A stretch of DNA of 64,000 bases. It comes from Pelomyxa schiedti. Lineage: Eukaryota; Protista; Evosea. This document shows positions 1 to 12,022 of this stretch, in pieces. Where the stretch lies: assembly GCA_020536535.1 (NCBI GenBank), contig JAHLWZ010000835.1, forward strand, positions 1 through 64,000, read 5' to 3'. The notes under the pieces were generated by a model. It searched no databases and was not told the origin of the DNA. It was given only the letters and a program-made list of their open reading frames with translations. The position numbers and the translations under genes were made by a program. Positions within the stretch are counted from its first letter, which is position 1. Every line of letters begins with the position of its first letter.

Positions 1-3
1 TTT

Positions 4-23
4 CCCCCCCCCCCCCCCCCCCC
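4..23. repeat. Poly-C tract (C20) at window start
   Basis: Directly visible homopolymer. Confidence 0.9.
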
Positions 24-192
24 AAACACTAATACATTAACAGGAACGAAAGCTGCACTCCATTCAAACAGTAACCAAAGTTGTTGGTAATTTGTGAAAA
101 CTTGTACACTTCTCACAGTCCTTTTTACCCAAACTTTTCGTGGGACCAAGAAAACTTTACTTCCACGAACAACGCAATCAAACTCCGACTAG

Positions 193-1990
193 ATGGGAAA
201 CACAGCGACCACTGATGCACAACCGCCGCCGAAGCGACAGCCCTGCGTGTTGTGCGGCACCGTCGCTGTACCTGCTGTTTTGGGAGTCTGCCGCAATTGC
301 ATTATGACAAACGAATCCAATGTGCCCATGTCCCCCCCACCCCCCCAAACTACGTCTCCCCTCTTTTGCTCCTCGTCCCATCATTGTGAGGGAGCCCTCC
401 CTAACTACTTTGTTACTCCACGTGTAGGCGCGAGAGGTGTGGACGATGAGGAGGGGCGCGATGGGACTGATACCAGGGGGGTGTCACAACTCCCCTGCGG
501 CATCACCTTCGCTGAACCACGAATCTCCTGCAGCAGAATCTGTTGGAGCTGGTGATGGCGGAGGGAGAACTGAGGTTGAGGAAGTGCATTCAAATTGTGC
601 TGCGTCGGGAGCGCATTGTGGGTGGTGTTCACAGAATTGCACTATTGAAGAAGGGGAGAAGGGATTCTGTCAGCTTAGAACTTGTTCCAGGTTTTTTTGA
701 ATTGCATATTACTATGCTGGATATTCTAACACTTTATATATATTTTTTGATTGACAGGGGAAAGGTAAGAGGAGTACTTGAGCCTGACCCTTCAAGGTAC
801 TTTCTTGGGTAGTTCTTTGCTGTTGGTTTCAACACTAGTAGCGAAAATGTATCTGCTGTTGTGAACTGGTATGATGACCCTATGCCTGTAAACTGCTGCT
901 CTGATTGGGTGTGCCCACTTTGTGTGGAGTACGTCTCCCAATAACGGGTATTCGATAGCAATTAAATCATAACCCAGACCAGACAAGAATCTCACCAATC
1001 TTGCTGTTTTCTATGGCGGTTGTGCTTTTGCCTGTGCATATTGCCAAGTAAGAAAAACACGAAATAGATAAATCTATTAATTTCGTCAAGAATCCGAAGC
1101 ATAGAGACATGGCTTCAGCAGCACAACCAAGACACACTTCCCAGGATTTGCTTGAGGCAGTGCACCCAACTACTCCGTGTGTATGCTATTTTGGTGGGGT
1201 ATGTTCCTGAGTTATGCATGATCAGATCAAACCCTCATTTAGGATTTCGGACCAAGTTGGAAACATGCGCTGCAATCAGCACAACGTGTTTACCAGAAGT
1301 CCGTTGACGAAAATAGACCGATAAGAATTTGTATTGAAACTAATGGGGGACTGAAATGGCCGTAAGCATTAATTGTTCTAACTTTACCTGAATTAAATTA
1401 ACTCTAGGATACTCTCAAAGTTAGCTGATTTCTGCCTGAAGAGTGGTGGATGTATCAAAGTGGATTTGAAGGTACAATACCTGTCTCTAAGAGTATTTAC
1501 CCCACTAGGCCTGGCACTCTTCAATCAATGAAGCGCTTTGTGGTGTATCCAATCAGCAGACCCTGGAAAATTTCAGAAAATTGTATGAATATGGTGAGCT
1601 GAGAAGACAACAATTCAGACAACAACAAGAAAATCCAGAGCCTCAGCAACCACCAACTCACCGATTAATGCCATTTTTGACTGCATCAACTCTCATGGTT
1701 CCGGGATATGTTGAAGCTGAGGAAGTTTCTCATATCGCCAAATTCATTGCTTCCATCGACCCTGACATCCCCTACGCACTCCTGGGGTTCCTTCCTCTTT
1801 TCAAAATGCAGGATTCCAAGGTATTCTGTTTTGTGCTTACCAAACATTTAACTGATAAAACCAAAAAAAAAAGCGCGTGACTGTTGCGGAGGCAGAAGCC
1901 TGTGTCAGTGCAGCCCATGCTGCCGGCCTCACCAATGTAAGGCTACAAAACAGGGCTGTCCTCGAACCCGACAAACCCAATCTGTTTTAA
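193..1990 (+). CDS. Radical SAM protein, archaeal-type PflA/AmmeMemoRadiSam-like family (spliced)
   Basis: Spliced frame gives N-terminal CVLCG..LGVCRNCI, CGWCSQNCTIEEGEKGFCQLR, WYDDPMPVNCCSDWVCP, the radical SAM motif LAVFYGGCAFACAYCQN (CxxxCxxC, ~1000-1050), CYFGGD, ICIETNG, GGCIKVDLKAW, ASTLMVPGYV, IDPDIPYALLGF and AAGLTNVRL. Stop TAA at 1988-1990. Confidence 0.88.
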
Positions 1991-2126
1991 CCTCGCTTCC
2001 CATATTAAAATAACACGATGATCCTTGCCATTTTAGCTTAACGGTTGAGTCAACCGTTTCAACGAATTCATTTGATTGACAAGTCTCGCTCAAGCAGAAC
2101 CGGTTGATGGGACATCCGATAAAACG

Positions 2127-5100
2127 ATGAATAACGCCCCTGGTGTACACCGCCAGGGTTTCCAGATTGACATTGATTCCATAGTCCTGTGCTACGTTGT
2201 GGGGGCCAACAGCCACGTCGACGAACTATTTGGGTTGCTCACGCGACTGGGCTTTTACACCACTCGCATCACAGTCCACAATAATTCCATAATCACCGTA
2301 AATCGCCCCACGCTCAATTTGGAACTGGGACCACCATCAATCCATGGCGAAGCTCTGAGCAGGTGTGACAAGGTGAAATTATACAACCCCCCAAGCCGAA
2401 AATCACGCAAGAAATCAGGGTTTATTTTCTACAGGTGCAACAGAGACGATAAGCTCACAAATGTCCATCTTCACAGAGAGTGCGTTTTTTTTTTTTTTCT
2501 CAAATATAGGCCAATATTTAATCTTATTGGGCATTCAGTGCATGGCTCAAAGGTTCTGCCATCAAAGTTGTGATGATGTTGCACGATGCCTGGGGCTTGG
2601 ATAGCCTGGCTCATGTGCTATCCAGTCTATTACAAGGCTCAATCCACGGTGATGTCTCCCCACCGTTTGGCCCTCTTGTAATGGTTGATTGCAGTGGACC
2701 AAGTGATGCTACCACGGCGGCGTTCCCAATCCAGGCTGTTGAAATGGCCATTACCGTGGGTGTAACTTCCTTCCCCTTCTTTTCCCAAACCCTGGCTGAC
2801 CAATTAGCAGTTTTGTGCTTTCAAAATGGTGAAGTGGACGCCGACCGAAAGGAGTTCTCTAGAATCGCTGTTATCTTTGATAACAGAAGGCTCAAAGCAA
2901 AAAATCTCCATGTGCAGTAACGCCAAGGATGAGATTCAAGAGTGGAAGCACATAAAACCAACAGGCCCCCTTCCGATATTCACAGCACCTTCAGTGTTGA
3001 AAGTCCACTCTGCCGATGCCACAGATGCTCATATTATCATGAAGCTGGTACACGACTGCAGCAGCCACACATACTTCCCCAACCTCACAGTGACAATGGC
3101 ACTGAGAATGTGGGTGAGAGCAAAGAATTGGGCCGCTGTTCGGGTTGTGTGCCGTGCTCGCTCTCTCACCCAGTTTGAAGACATTGACCTTTCTCACTTA
3201 TCATTGGAGACAGTCCCAGAACAGTTGAACGACTTATCATTCAGGACACTCAACCTCTCTAAAAACAAGATAAACGGTGTTCCCAAATGGCTGTCTGAAA
3301 TGCCAAATATAATACTGGGAGAAGGGGAGAAGAGGGAAAACGCCCCAGTGGAGGCCATAGTCAAACAACAGGGTATCTGTACCCATAAACTCGTTTTTGT
3401 TGGTGATACTGGCGTTGGAAAGACAACATTACTGACATGCATGATGAAGAAAAAGAAAAAGTTAACCGCAAAGCACGTTCCCACGGGCCTTGCTGTGTAT
3501 CATAATGTGATGTTCCGAGGCAATACACCGAGTTGGACTGTGTGGGACCTTGGTGAGTGAGCTTCTAAGCTTACAATTCAATTTAACTCACACGCCAATT
3601 TCCCACAGGAGGGGATTCTTTGGCACCATTTCACCCATGGTTCCTTCTCAGCAGGTCAATATTCGTCCTCGTATTTGATGCCCGTGAGGTGTTAAGCTCA
3701 GTACAGTCGCGGCTGTACTATTGGTTGAATGAAATCACAATAGCTCGAAGCAGGGGTGACAAAAAACTGAGGACGATCATTCCTGTTGGAACTCACATGG
3801 AGGGTATTGCGGAATCTGATACGAGCTTCCTCACGCTTTCTTCTATGTTGCAGCCTAAGTTAAAATACGAGAATATTCCCATGGGATTCTTGTTGCAACT
3901 CAGTAGTGGAAGGGGATGGAAGTGCACAGGCGAGACGATTCAGGCACAGTGCGTTCCCATGTGCGTGGATACATTGGTAGATACTCTAAGTTACTACGGT
4001 GACGCAATGGTGAATCTCGCTCCCCAAAGTTGGCTGACTCTTAATGAGGACCTCAGAAAAGCAAGAGAGAAAGGGGAAACTTCAACACTCACTTGGACAC
4101 AATTTCTCGAACTGGCTTGCAGGTGTGGTGTTAAGGCAGGGACATCACCTAAAATCGAGGAGTGTTTACACTTTTTGGCTGAGATTGGTACCATCATCCA
4201 CTTCAGGTATCCTTTTTGGCTCTTGTCGCCCACCCACCCTGGGGCATCTGCAACGCCAGGCCTTCGTAATTTGGTCATTATGGAACCTCGTTCCTTTTTG
4301 AAGAGTCTCCTTGCTGATATATGTTCCCAGAAATTCACAGGCACCTCTAAGCTGATGGTTCCAGTTCCACAAACTGCTGCAGCTGTGGCAACAATTCTGC
4401 ACGAATTCAACATTTTCACAGAAACTCTGGTTCCAAATCGCGTTCCATCCCAGGGAGAGAGATGTCTTTCCCTCTTCAACTCTCCACACTCTGCGGAAGA
4501 CTTCCATCACTTTTTCTATTTGTTTTGGAAGTTACCTGTAACCACTTCTTCTGCATCTAATGGTTCCCTTCTAAATGGGAGAGTGATTCAGATCCCACTA
4601 TTTACACAAGAACTACTCTTCAAGGTCGTTTCAAGTACTTTTCGTGGATGGCATATAAAGTTCTGGTGGAAGAATGTTGTATTCCTTTCATTCCCTGATT
4701 CCCATACACTTGTATTAATGACATGCAAAAATGGCACAATTACAATTCTCATGCGGTCAGAAGACCCCAATCACCCCAGTATTTTGCGGTTCCAAGCGAG
4801 CCTTTGGACGGGTGTTATGAGGACTCTTCACCATTTCAGGCAGTTTATGTATTGCCGATTTGAGGAAACTGAATCGCCGTTTCGTTTGGATGGTAACAAT
4901 GAGAGTGAAGACCTCTCGTTCCCTTGTCCTCATTGCTTGCTGAAAGCCATTCCCATGCCAGAACCCTGGCTTGACCCGTCCAGATCAAATGTGTTGTCAC
5001 CGACCCTTTTTTACTTCCGTAAATGTACTATCCTGGATGCTGTGAAGAATAAAGAGCAAGAATTGATCTGTGGAAGGGAGAAATGTCAGGTTCGTCTGGA

Positions 5101-6155
5101 TGCAATTGCCCCAGATCTCGGATTGTTCCCTGAAAAACCATCACCATCTCCCTCTGCTTCTGCATCCCCCACCCCTGTCAACCTCACTCAGAAATTAAGG
5201 CAAGTCCTTGGTGCAGAACAACTCATGACTTTGGGGGACCTGTTTGCAACACTCATCAAAAAAGCGAACGGTACTACCTCCGTGCTGGACCAAGTGATTC
5301 CAAACAGCTTGAGAGTGAAGATTCTGAAGAATGTTGCCCAAGAACTAAAATCCCTTCACTGTCAATATCCTGCTGTAGTCCACTGCAAAATTTGCCCGGG
5401 TAATTCCCTTCAAAGATACTAATTCTATGTGACTTAAAAACACAGAAAACATCCTTGTGCTGTCTCTGGACGATTCCGGACACGGTCCCTGGGGAAAGGT
5501 TCCAGTTAATCAAGCGTTTCCTTTCCTTCTGAAATTGAATCCCAGATTAAGGATTTCGACCAAGTACGCACCATCCTGTTTGACCGACCAAGAATTCCCG
5601 AATCGGCGGAGATTTCGCCGGCTGATATGACTTTCCTTGCTCCCGAGGTTCTTTCACGCCTATCCTTTGACACAGCTGCGGATGTTTGGAGCTTTGGTAA
5701 GTACTTTTTCGTACTCTCCTCTACTCACTGGCATTTTTTTCTTTCCACAAGGAATTACAGCCTCGCTGGTCCTAGACCCCCTGAATAAACCATACACACA
5801 TATCAAATCAAACCACAAATATCTGTCTACAGACTACAGCAGCATATCCCATAATAATCAGGGTTACAAGTTAGCCCTCAACCCCCTTATCGTGGGCCGG
5901 CACCTCTTCCGCGGTGACATTACACCCTTCCCACCAACAAAATCTCCACCACAATCAAGACCCACAACACCAGCGCTCCATTCCCGGTCGACCCACAATG
6001 TGGATGCTCACCTCCGCCTTGTACAGCAGATAGTGTCCCTGTGTTTGCACAACGACCCCCAGGCAAGGCCCTCGATGGATGCCCTCCTCAGACTCTGGGA
6101 CTACTTCCTCTACAGAGAAGGTGGCGGGTGTGTTGTTGGTGATGGTGATTCTTGA
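2127..6155 (+). CDS. Roco protein (degenerate small-GTPase-like N-terminus, LRR, ROC, COR-like, truncated pseudokinase)
   Basis: LRR IDLSHLSLETVP/LNLSKNKINGVP; ROC P-loop KLVFVGDTGVGKTTLL, WDLGG and VGTH; COR-like LHFLAEIGTIIHF; kinase C-lobe HCKICPENIL, IKDF, LAPEVL, DVWSFG and PQARPS across GT-AG introns. Confidence 0.85.
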
Positions 6156-6277
6156 CTGTCTGGAGCTGTGAAGCCCTTAAAGAGCATAGCCTCCAGTTCG
6201 ACTTTCGAAACCCAAACTGAACAAAGAAATTTCTTTTCTTTCTGTTAAATCACACCGCCACAGGTAAATTAAGTCCA

Positions 6278-7722
6278 ATGTCAGGGCACCCACCCGTCTC
6301 GGCGACCCCCACATGTCAAGTGTATGAAACAAATAAAAATGAATCATTTGCCTGATGTGTTGCCAAGGTGCTCGAAAAATAAGGCGAAGTACGTGTGCCC
6401 AAAATGCCGAATTAATTACTGTTCCATACCTTGCTACAAAGTACCTACCTTCCCTTTTGGTTTCTTTCTTCTCGTCCGTGCTTATTCTTGTTGTTTGTTT
6501 TTTCTGTAATGGTGCAGACGCACAATGGAGGATGCACAGAGTCGTTTTACCGTGACCAAGTGATGACGACCATGAAGACTGAATCGGTGTCACCTGAAAA
6601 CAAATCCAGAATAGAGGAGATTCTACGTAGGGAGCAGGAAGCAGGTTTGTTCTTCTACAACCTTCCTTACACACTACGCCTTCACATAACCCAAAACCAA
6701 CAAACTCCACTTAAATAAAAGTATTCCCTTACAACAGAAAGAGGCTGATGATACTACAAGTTCTGAGTTGCTGTCTGTCCTTGAGAAATTGGACCTCGGA
6801 GATACACCTCCTTGGGAAATTATGGCTACGATGAGTGAGGACAGTAGGCAGTCCTTCTTGTAAGGCCATTGTAATCGTTCTCAGTCTTTCTATTAATCGT
6901 AGAAAGGAAAGCGATAGAACAAGGTTCCCTTACTATGGAGCCATGGTCTCCTTGGTGGAGGCCGCCTTTGATCCAACCTCTCTCGACAACGGGGGAAGAA
7001 GAAAAGCCAACCTACCCAAGCCCTCCTCCCGAGTGCGCTGCAGGCATACCCTCACTCACATCATTGATGGGTACAAGAGAGCCCTCATCTCTGTTGGGGA
7101 ATAGCCTCTTGCAATTACTGTAAGACACATAGTCCTTATTATTTCCATTAACGCATATCAAGTTACACCTACGTATATGTGATTCAAGTTTTCAATGGAG
7201 ACTGGAGTGATGTTCCTTCAGAAGCATGTGACATGATTATGCTACTTAGTCCAGTAATTGCTGATGATGCTGTATATCAAACCGTTGGCGAGGCCCTATT
7301 TGCATCATTTCATGCTACAATGCAGGTTTTTTCCTTTTATTTTCATCCCTGTTGTTATTTATTGTTGGTGATTCAGAATTCGCATAATTTCTGTATAGAT
7401 ACCTGAAGGAAACCCTGTAGAGTTTAGTGTGTCATGCTTCAAGGAATTGAATCACGTACTGAAATCCCAAGCCTTTGTGCTTTCTGCCCTCAGTGAATTG
7501 CTGCGGGTAGCCCAAGCAGCTATGCAGGAACAAGCAACTCTCACCTCCACAACAACATCACCGTCAGCAACAAACCCGCCGCCCGAGGGACCCAGTAAAA
7601 GGAAACTTATGGCAATGACCCGGAAACTCACCTTCATGCTTGCATGGGTGCGGGACAAGGTTACAATTGAGAAATTGCAATCGCTCTCCGCTGCCATTGT
7701 TGTTCCATCCACTGGAGTATAG
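6278..7722 (+). CDS. ZNHIT2: Zinc finger HIT domain protein 2-like
   Basis: Spliced CQVCSKNKAKYVCPKCRINYCSIPCYKTHNGGCTESFYRDQV (zf-HIT followed by the ZNHIT2-type CTExFY), WSPWW, and C-terminal RKLTFMLAW. Confidence 0.8.
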
Positions 7723-7829
7723 AAAACAACACACAAGAGAATACTAAAAAAAAGAGACATTCGTACTAGTTTTTAAATGCTTTACAACACTACTTCTCCT
7801 CCCTCTTTCTTTATTTCTTTTGGGCTTGC

Positions 7830-10800
7830 TCACTTGAGGGCAAGCTTGTAAAGGAACTCCTGAAACATAGCAAGTGGAACCATGTCACCTTCAACAGAGG
7901 CAGTAGCACTCGCACTTGTGGGTACAACTACGGGTGTCAGGGCGGGAGGCAGAGGCGAGGGAGGGGGCGGTGTTGTTGACGCTGTTGGAGTTGGCGTTGG
8001 GGCTGTGGCTGGGGTAGCTGTGGGAGCGGAGGCACAAAAGTGCTGTGAGAGAATGAAGAGCAAATCAAGCACATTGAAGTCTTCAGGTGCGCGTTCAAGG
8101 AGCTGTGAGGAGTGATTAGACTTTATTTTCATTGCCGTAATTATTGGATGATTACCTTGGGTATCTCTGCATAAGCCTTCAAATCAAGGCACAGGTTTAA
8201 CAACATATTGAATGTCTGGATGTAAGCAGCTTGGGATTTTGAGGCGTTACTGGTTGAACATGATTCACCCACACTGGTACCAGCACCCAACTCTGATTCC
8301 AAGCCCTCTTCTTCCCTTTGCTCAGTAACACCAGCGCATGAAGGTACGTCGAGAATAGCTAAGGCTCTGTCCCATAAACTTGCCCGTGCAAGAATTTCAG
8401 CTGCTGCAAGTCTTTCTTCGTCGGTGGCCCAGAGGGATTGTGTGGGTACAGTGGTTTGGGGAGCCATAAGCATCAGTGTTGCCACTGCTGTAGCTTGATC
8501 TGGAGAGGATGTTGCCGAGAGAGGGGGGAGGACACCCAGTGCTCGTTGCTTGTGTTGCTGCTGAGGTGCAGTTTGCGCTTCCATCGAAGCTCCAAAATTC
8601 ATTGCGTTCATTTGCAAAGAAGCGCGATGGACAGAGCTCACAAAGTGGAAGAGAAAGTTCGGACAAACAGAGAACAGTAAGCCACACATTATTTCGAATA
8701 GGGGTAGACATGATGAATTTTGACTAGCTGTGGTTTTGATTAGACTCCCACAAAAAACGAAAGGACCACACTGCTTCCAGACGGGAATTGAGGTTCTTGA
8801 TTGAGAAGTGCGGGATGAATTGTTTCGAAAATAATGGGCTCTGCAAACTGCCAAGGCCCTGAAGTTGGGGTACCCAGAAGACTTTCCATTTTTTCAAAGT
8901 AAGATTGCATGTCGAGGGCTTCAACTAACTTGCCCAACAGTAACCTAACAAAGAGTTACTTGCAACCTATGTTCCCCTTCTCATGTATATACTTCTCATT
9001 TTGTGTGGCATGCATGTGCATTGACGCCCAATCCAGCTGCAGAACCTTTTCAGGTGGAATCTCACTGAGCAGGGGTTGGAGAGTTGGTAGTGTACTCTCC
9101 TGCGCTGGGGTCGAATTTGTGAGGGAGTCCAGAAATCTAGCGAGGCAGTTTGAGTTATTTCATGTTACTAGGTGTGGACACACTTTTGAAAGGTAGGAAC
9201 GAGTTTGTTGTTCAGTGGTGTGAAGGTCTCTGGTAAAGATGTTGTATCTTCTGATCCCGAAATATCTCTTTGGTACCTCTGCAGAAATTGGGCGATTTCC
9301 GATTGAACGAACCTAAAATAAGACTCTTGGTGACGGGAGTAATTGGTAGGCATCTAACTCTTTTCCGTTGGAATCTGTTACATGACAAACGGAAATTGCA
9401 GGATTTTGAGATCTCTTTGTCACTTCTTTTAATGCCTCTGCATCCTAGAATGGTCAGAAGGGGGGAAAAAAAAAAAGAAAAGGAAAACCTTGAAAGATCC
9501 ATTGGGATTCACTTGGATAGCTCTTTCAAGAGCTAATCTACAAGAATAAGGAATTGTCAGTGGGAGGAAAGTCCATACTTTGCAGACCAGCTTGCCATTC
9601 CCCATTCATCCAGAAGTTGTATTGCTTTTGTGCCTGTTGAATGATTTTGAGAAAGAACTTCTGCATGGAGACGTGGAGCAGGAGGACAGATATCCAAGAG
9701 AACATTTTTATTCCAGGCACCCCCTCTGCCACCCAAGAAATCTTGTTTATATCCCCATATACCGGAACCGCTGACGGTAGTTAAAAGTGTGCTTTCTTTG
9801 TGTACGTTAATACCTCCAGTCTTCGCTTTGCCCTGGCAAAGTGCATTCTGAAATAAGTGAAGCTGTACGTATGTCATACACAGCAACATTAGGCCCATAG
9901 AAGAGGAGAAGTGCATGCCTCGAAGTAGCAAACCCTGTTACTAAAAGATACTTGAGTGGTTTTAACATCAAAAGGAATACGAACCTGATGATGGAAAATT
10001 TGGAAATAATTTTGGTATAATTCCCAAAGATTTCTGTGTGATCTTGACAAGGGAGGCATTAGCAGCACTCGAGCCTTGTGATCGAGTTGATTGAGAAACC
10101 ACAGCATTATGTGAAAAAATATTCCCCATGGAATTGATAACAACAAGTTCTTGTGTGATGCCATGCAAGTGAGCTGAGAGGGGAAAAATTAATGATAACA
10201 AATTAGCAACTAGAATTGACACAAACCAAAGCAGTAATTGAATGCATTTCCTGAGGATGCCTGAGGCAATGGGTCAGGATCTCTGACCAGCATAGGTTGG
10301 ACTGAGGGTTTCGAGTCTGTAATATGTGTGGCCAGCATCTACCATGGTTAACTTGGTACATTGGGACATAGAAAGCACCTGTTGTGTGAACGACCAGAAA
10401 TGTATTTTTACTTTGGAAATAAGCCAAACACCAGACGAGCAAAACACTAGAGGTAGCACTATTTCTGGTACAGAAACTAATTGCTGCGGTGCAAGAACGC
10501 CCAGAGATCCAGTTAAAGAGGATTTCCCCCTGTAAACCCCAGTCAAAATGGTTTTTAACACTTCGAACAAAGTTACATTTCACATACCTAGGTTGTCCTT
10601 TTTGATGGATGCACTCGGGAAAAGAAACCTTCCTGGACCACAACATATTTCTTTCGTACCAGACTAGTGCCCTGGTAAAACATTACATGGTCAACTTCAT
10701 TCCAAATGCTTACTTGTTAACGGGATCCCAACCAACTCCTAATGAGGAATTTATTGGTGTCATTTGAATCTTTTCCAATGATTCCCATAAGAAGTCTTTG

Positions 10801-11694
10801 GGGAACCACTGCCTTGGGGAAAAGAATATCAGTACAAGCTTGGAAGCAAAGAGAAATACCAGGCGTATAACGTGGAGTCCTGCTGAATTACTATTAACCT
10901 CTCCACCTCTCCCTCACTCCCCTCACTTTCTCCGCCACCACCCAAAAACATCACTGTGGAAATAGGGTGAGGCTCGTGCAAAGAAGTCAGAACTGCAGAC
11001 AACCTCGCACTACTTGCTTCTGCATGTGCCTGCACACTTGCTAATCGAAACAAGGGCACATCAGGAGCTAGAGTATCCCTCAGAGCAGCGCGATCAGCGT
11101 CCGAGAGATTGGCATGAGGAGGAACAGCATCCAAAACAACCAGCAGACTTCTGTTTCTCAACACAAGCGCCATATGCGAACGAGCACATTCCACAGCGCA
11201 GACACCCACTGAAGCTTGTCTGGTCTTTCAATAAGAAAAATATATGCCATAATTGCGTACAGTACCTAAAAGGAGTAGCACTGCTCAAGAGCGACGTCGG
11301 CGGCCCCTGTGAGGTCAGGGAAGACGCGTCGAACAGAGAAACGCCACGCAGAAACGGCACAGATTTGCTGTCAACGCGTCGCAATGACGGCTGAGGGAGG
11401 GAAACTCCAGGCGAAGAAAGAGAAGTGGAGATCGACTGTGGGGGCGTAGGGAAAGACATCAGCAGTGATGGAAGAACCGCCGTTGGCGCGGCCACATGGG
11501 TACTCGTTGTCGCAGATCCGGCATTACCGAAAGCGAATGACAGTCCGCTCGGCTGGTTCACCACGCTGTCCACCATTTTTGACTTTTCCAATTTGAAAGA
11601 TCTGATTTTCGTCCGCTGAGAAAAGAAAGATAAAACTCACGTTCTGGCTGAGAGGAACCCCCTCGAAACTCTCCCGTTGGATATTGCTTGACAT
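7830..11694 (-). CDS. HPS6-like BLOC-2 subunit (predicted beta-propeller plus helical C-terminus)
   Basis: C-terminal LPLFEIMCGLLFSVCPNFLFHFV, LWDRALAIL and LLERAPEDFNVLDLLFILSQHF resemble the HPS6 C-terminal region as recalled. Multi-exon minus-strand frame; the start ATG is approximate. Confidence 0.55.
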
Positions 11695-12022
11695 GTGGGC
11701 AGAGCCTTCCTCAGTGAGTATCTCAGTGAGTTCATGTCCACCCAACTGTCAAAGCTGGAAAAGACTTGCAGTGCATTTACTGTGATTTATGCACTTTCCT
11801 GGCAATTCGCACAAAGCCGACGAGAAACCTTCAGGGTTTGAAGCCTGCACGCCGAAATTACCAGTGCAATCATCACACGGTTTTTTGGGCACAAAACAAA
11901 AAGTCAACATACATAACAAGGTTCAGCTGTGGAGCTTGGGCGAATTCTGTTCGAGAATGTGGCAGTGTGTAAGTATTGGGCTTTTTTTCTTTTATCACCT
12001 CAACCATCCCATAATGTAGAGG

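Noticed and set aside
193-555. TGA ending the first Cys-rich ORF as possible selenocysteine or readthrough
   Set aside because: An intron (GTGCCC..TGTAG, ~322-427) moves the coding sequence to another frame well before this TGA.
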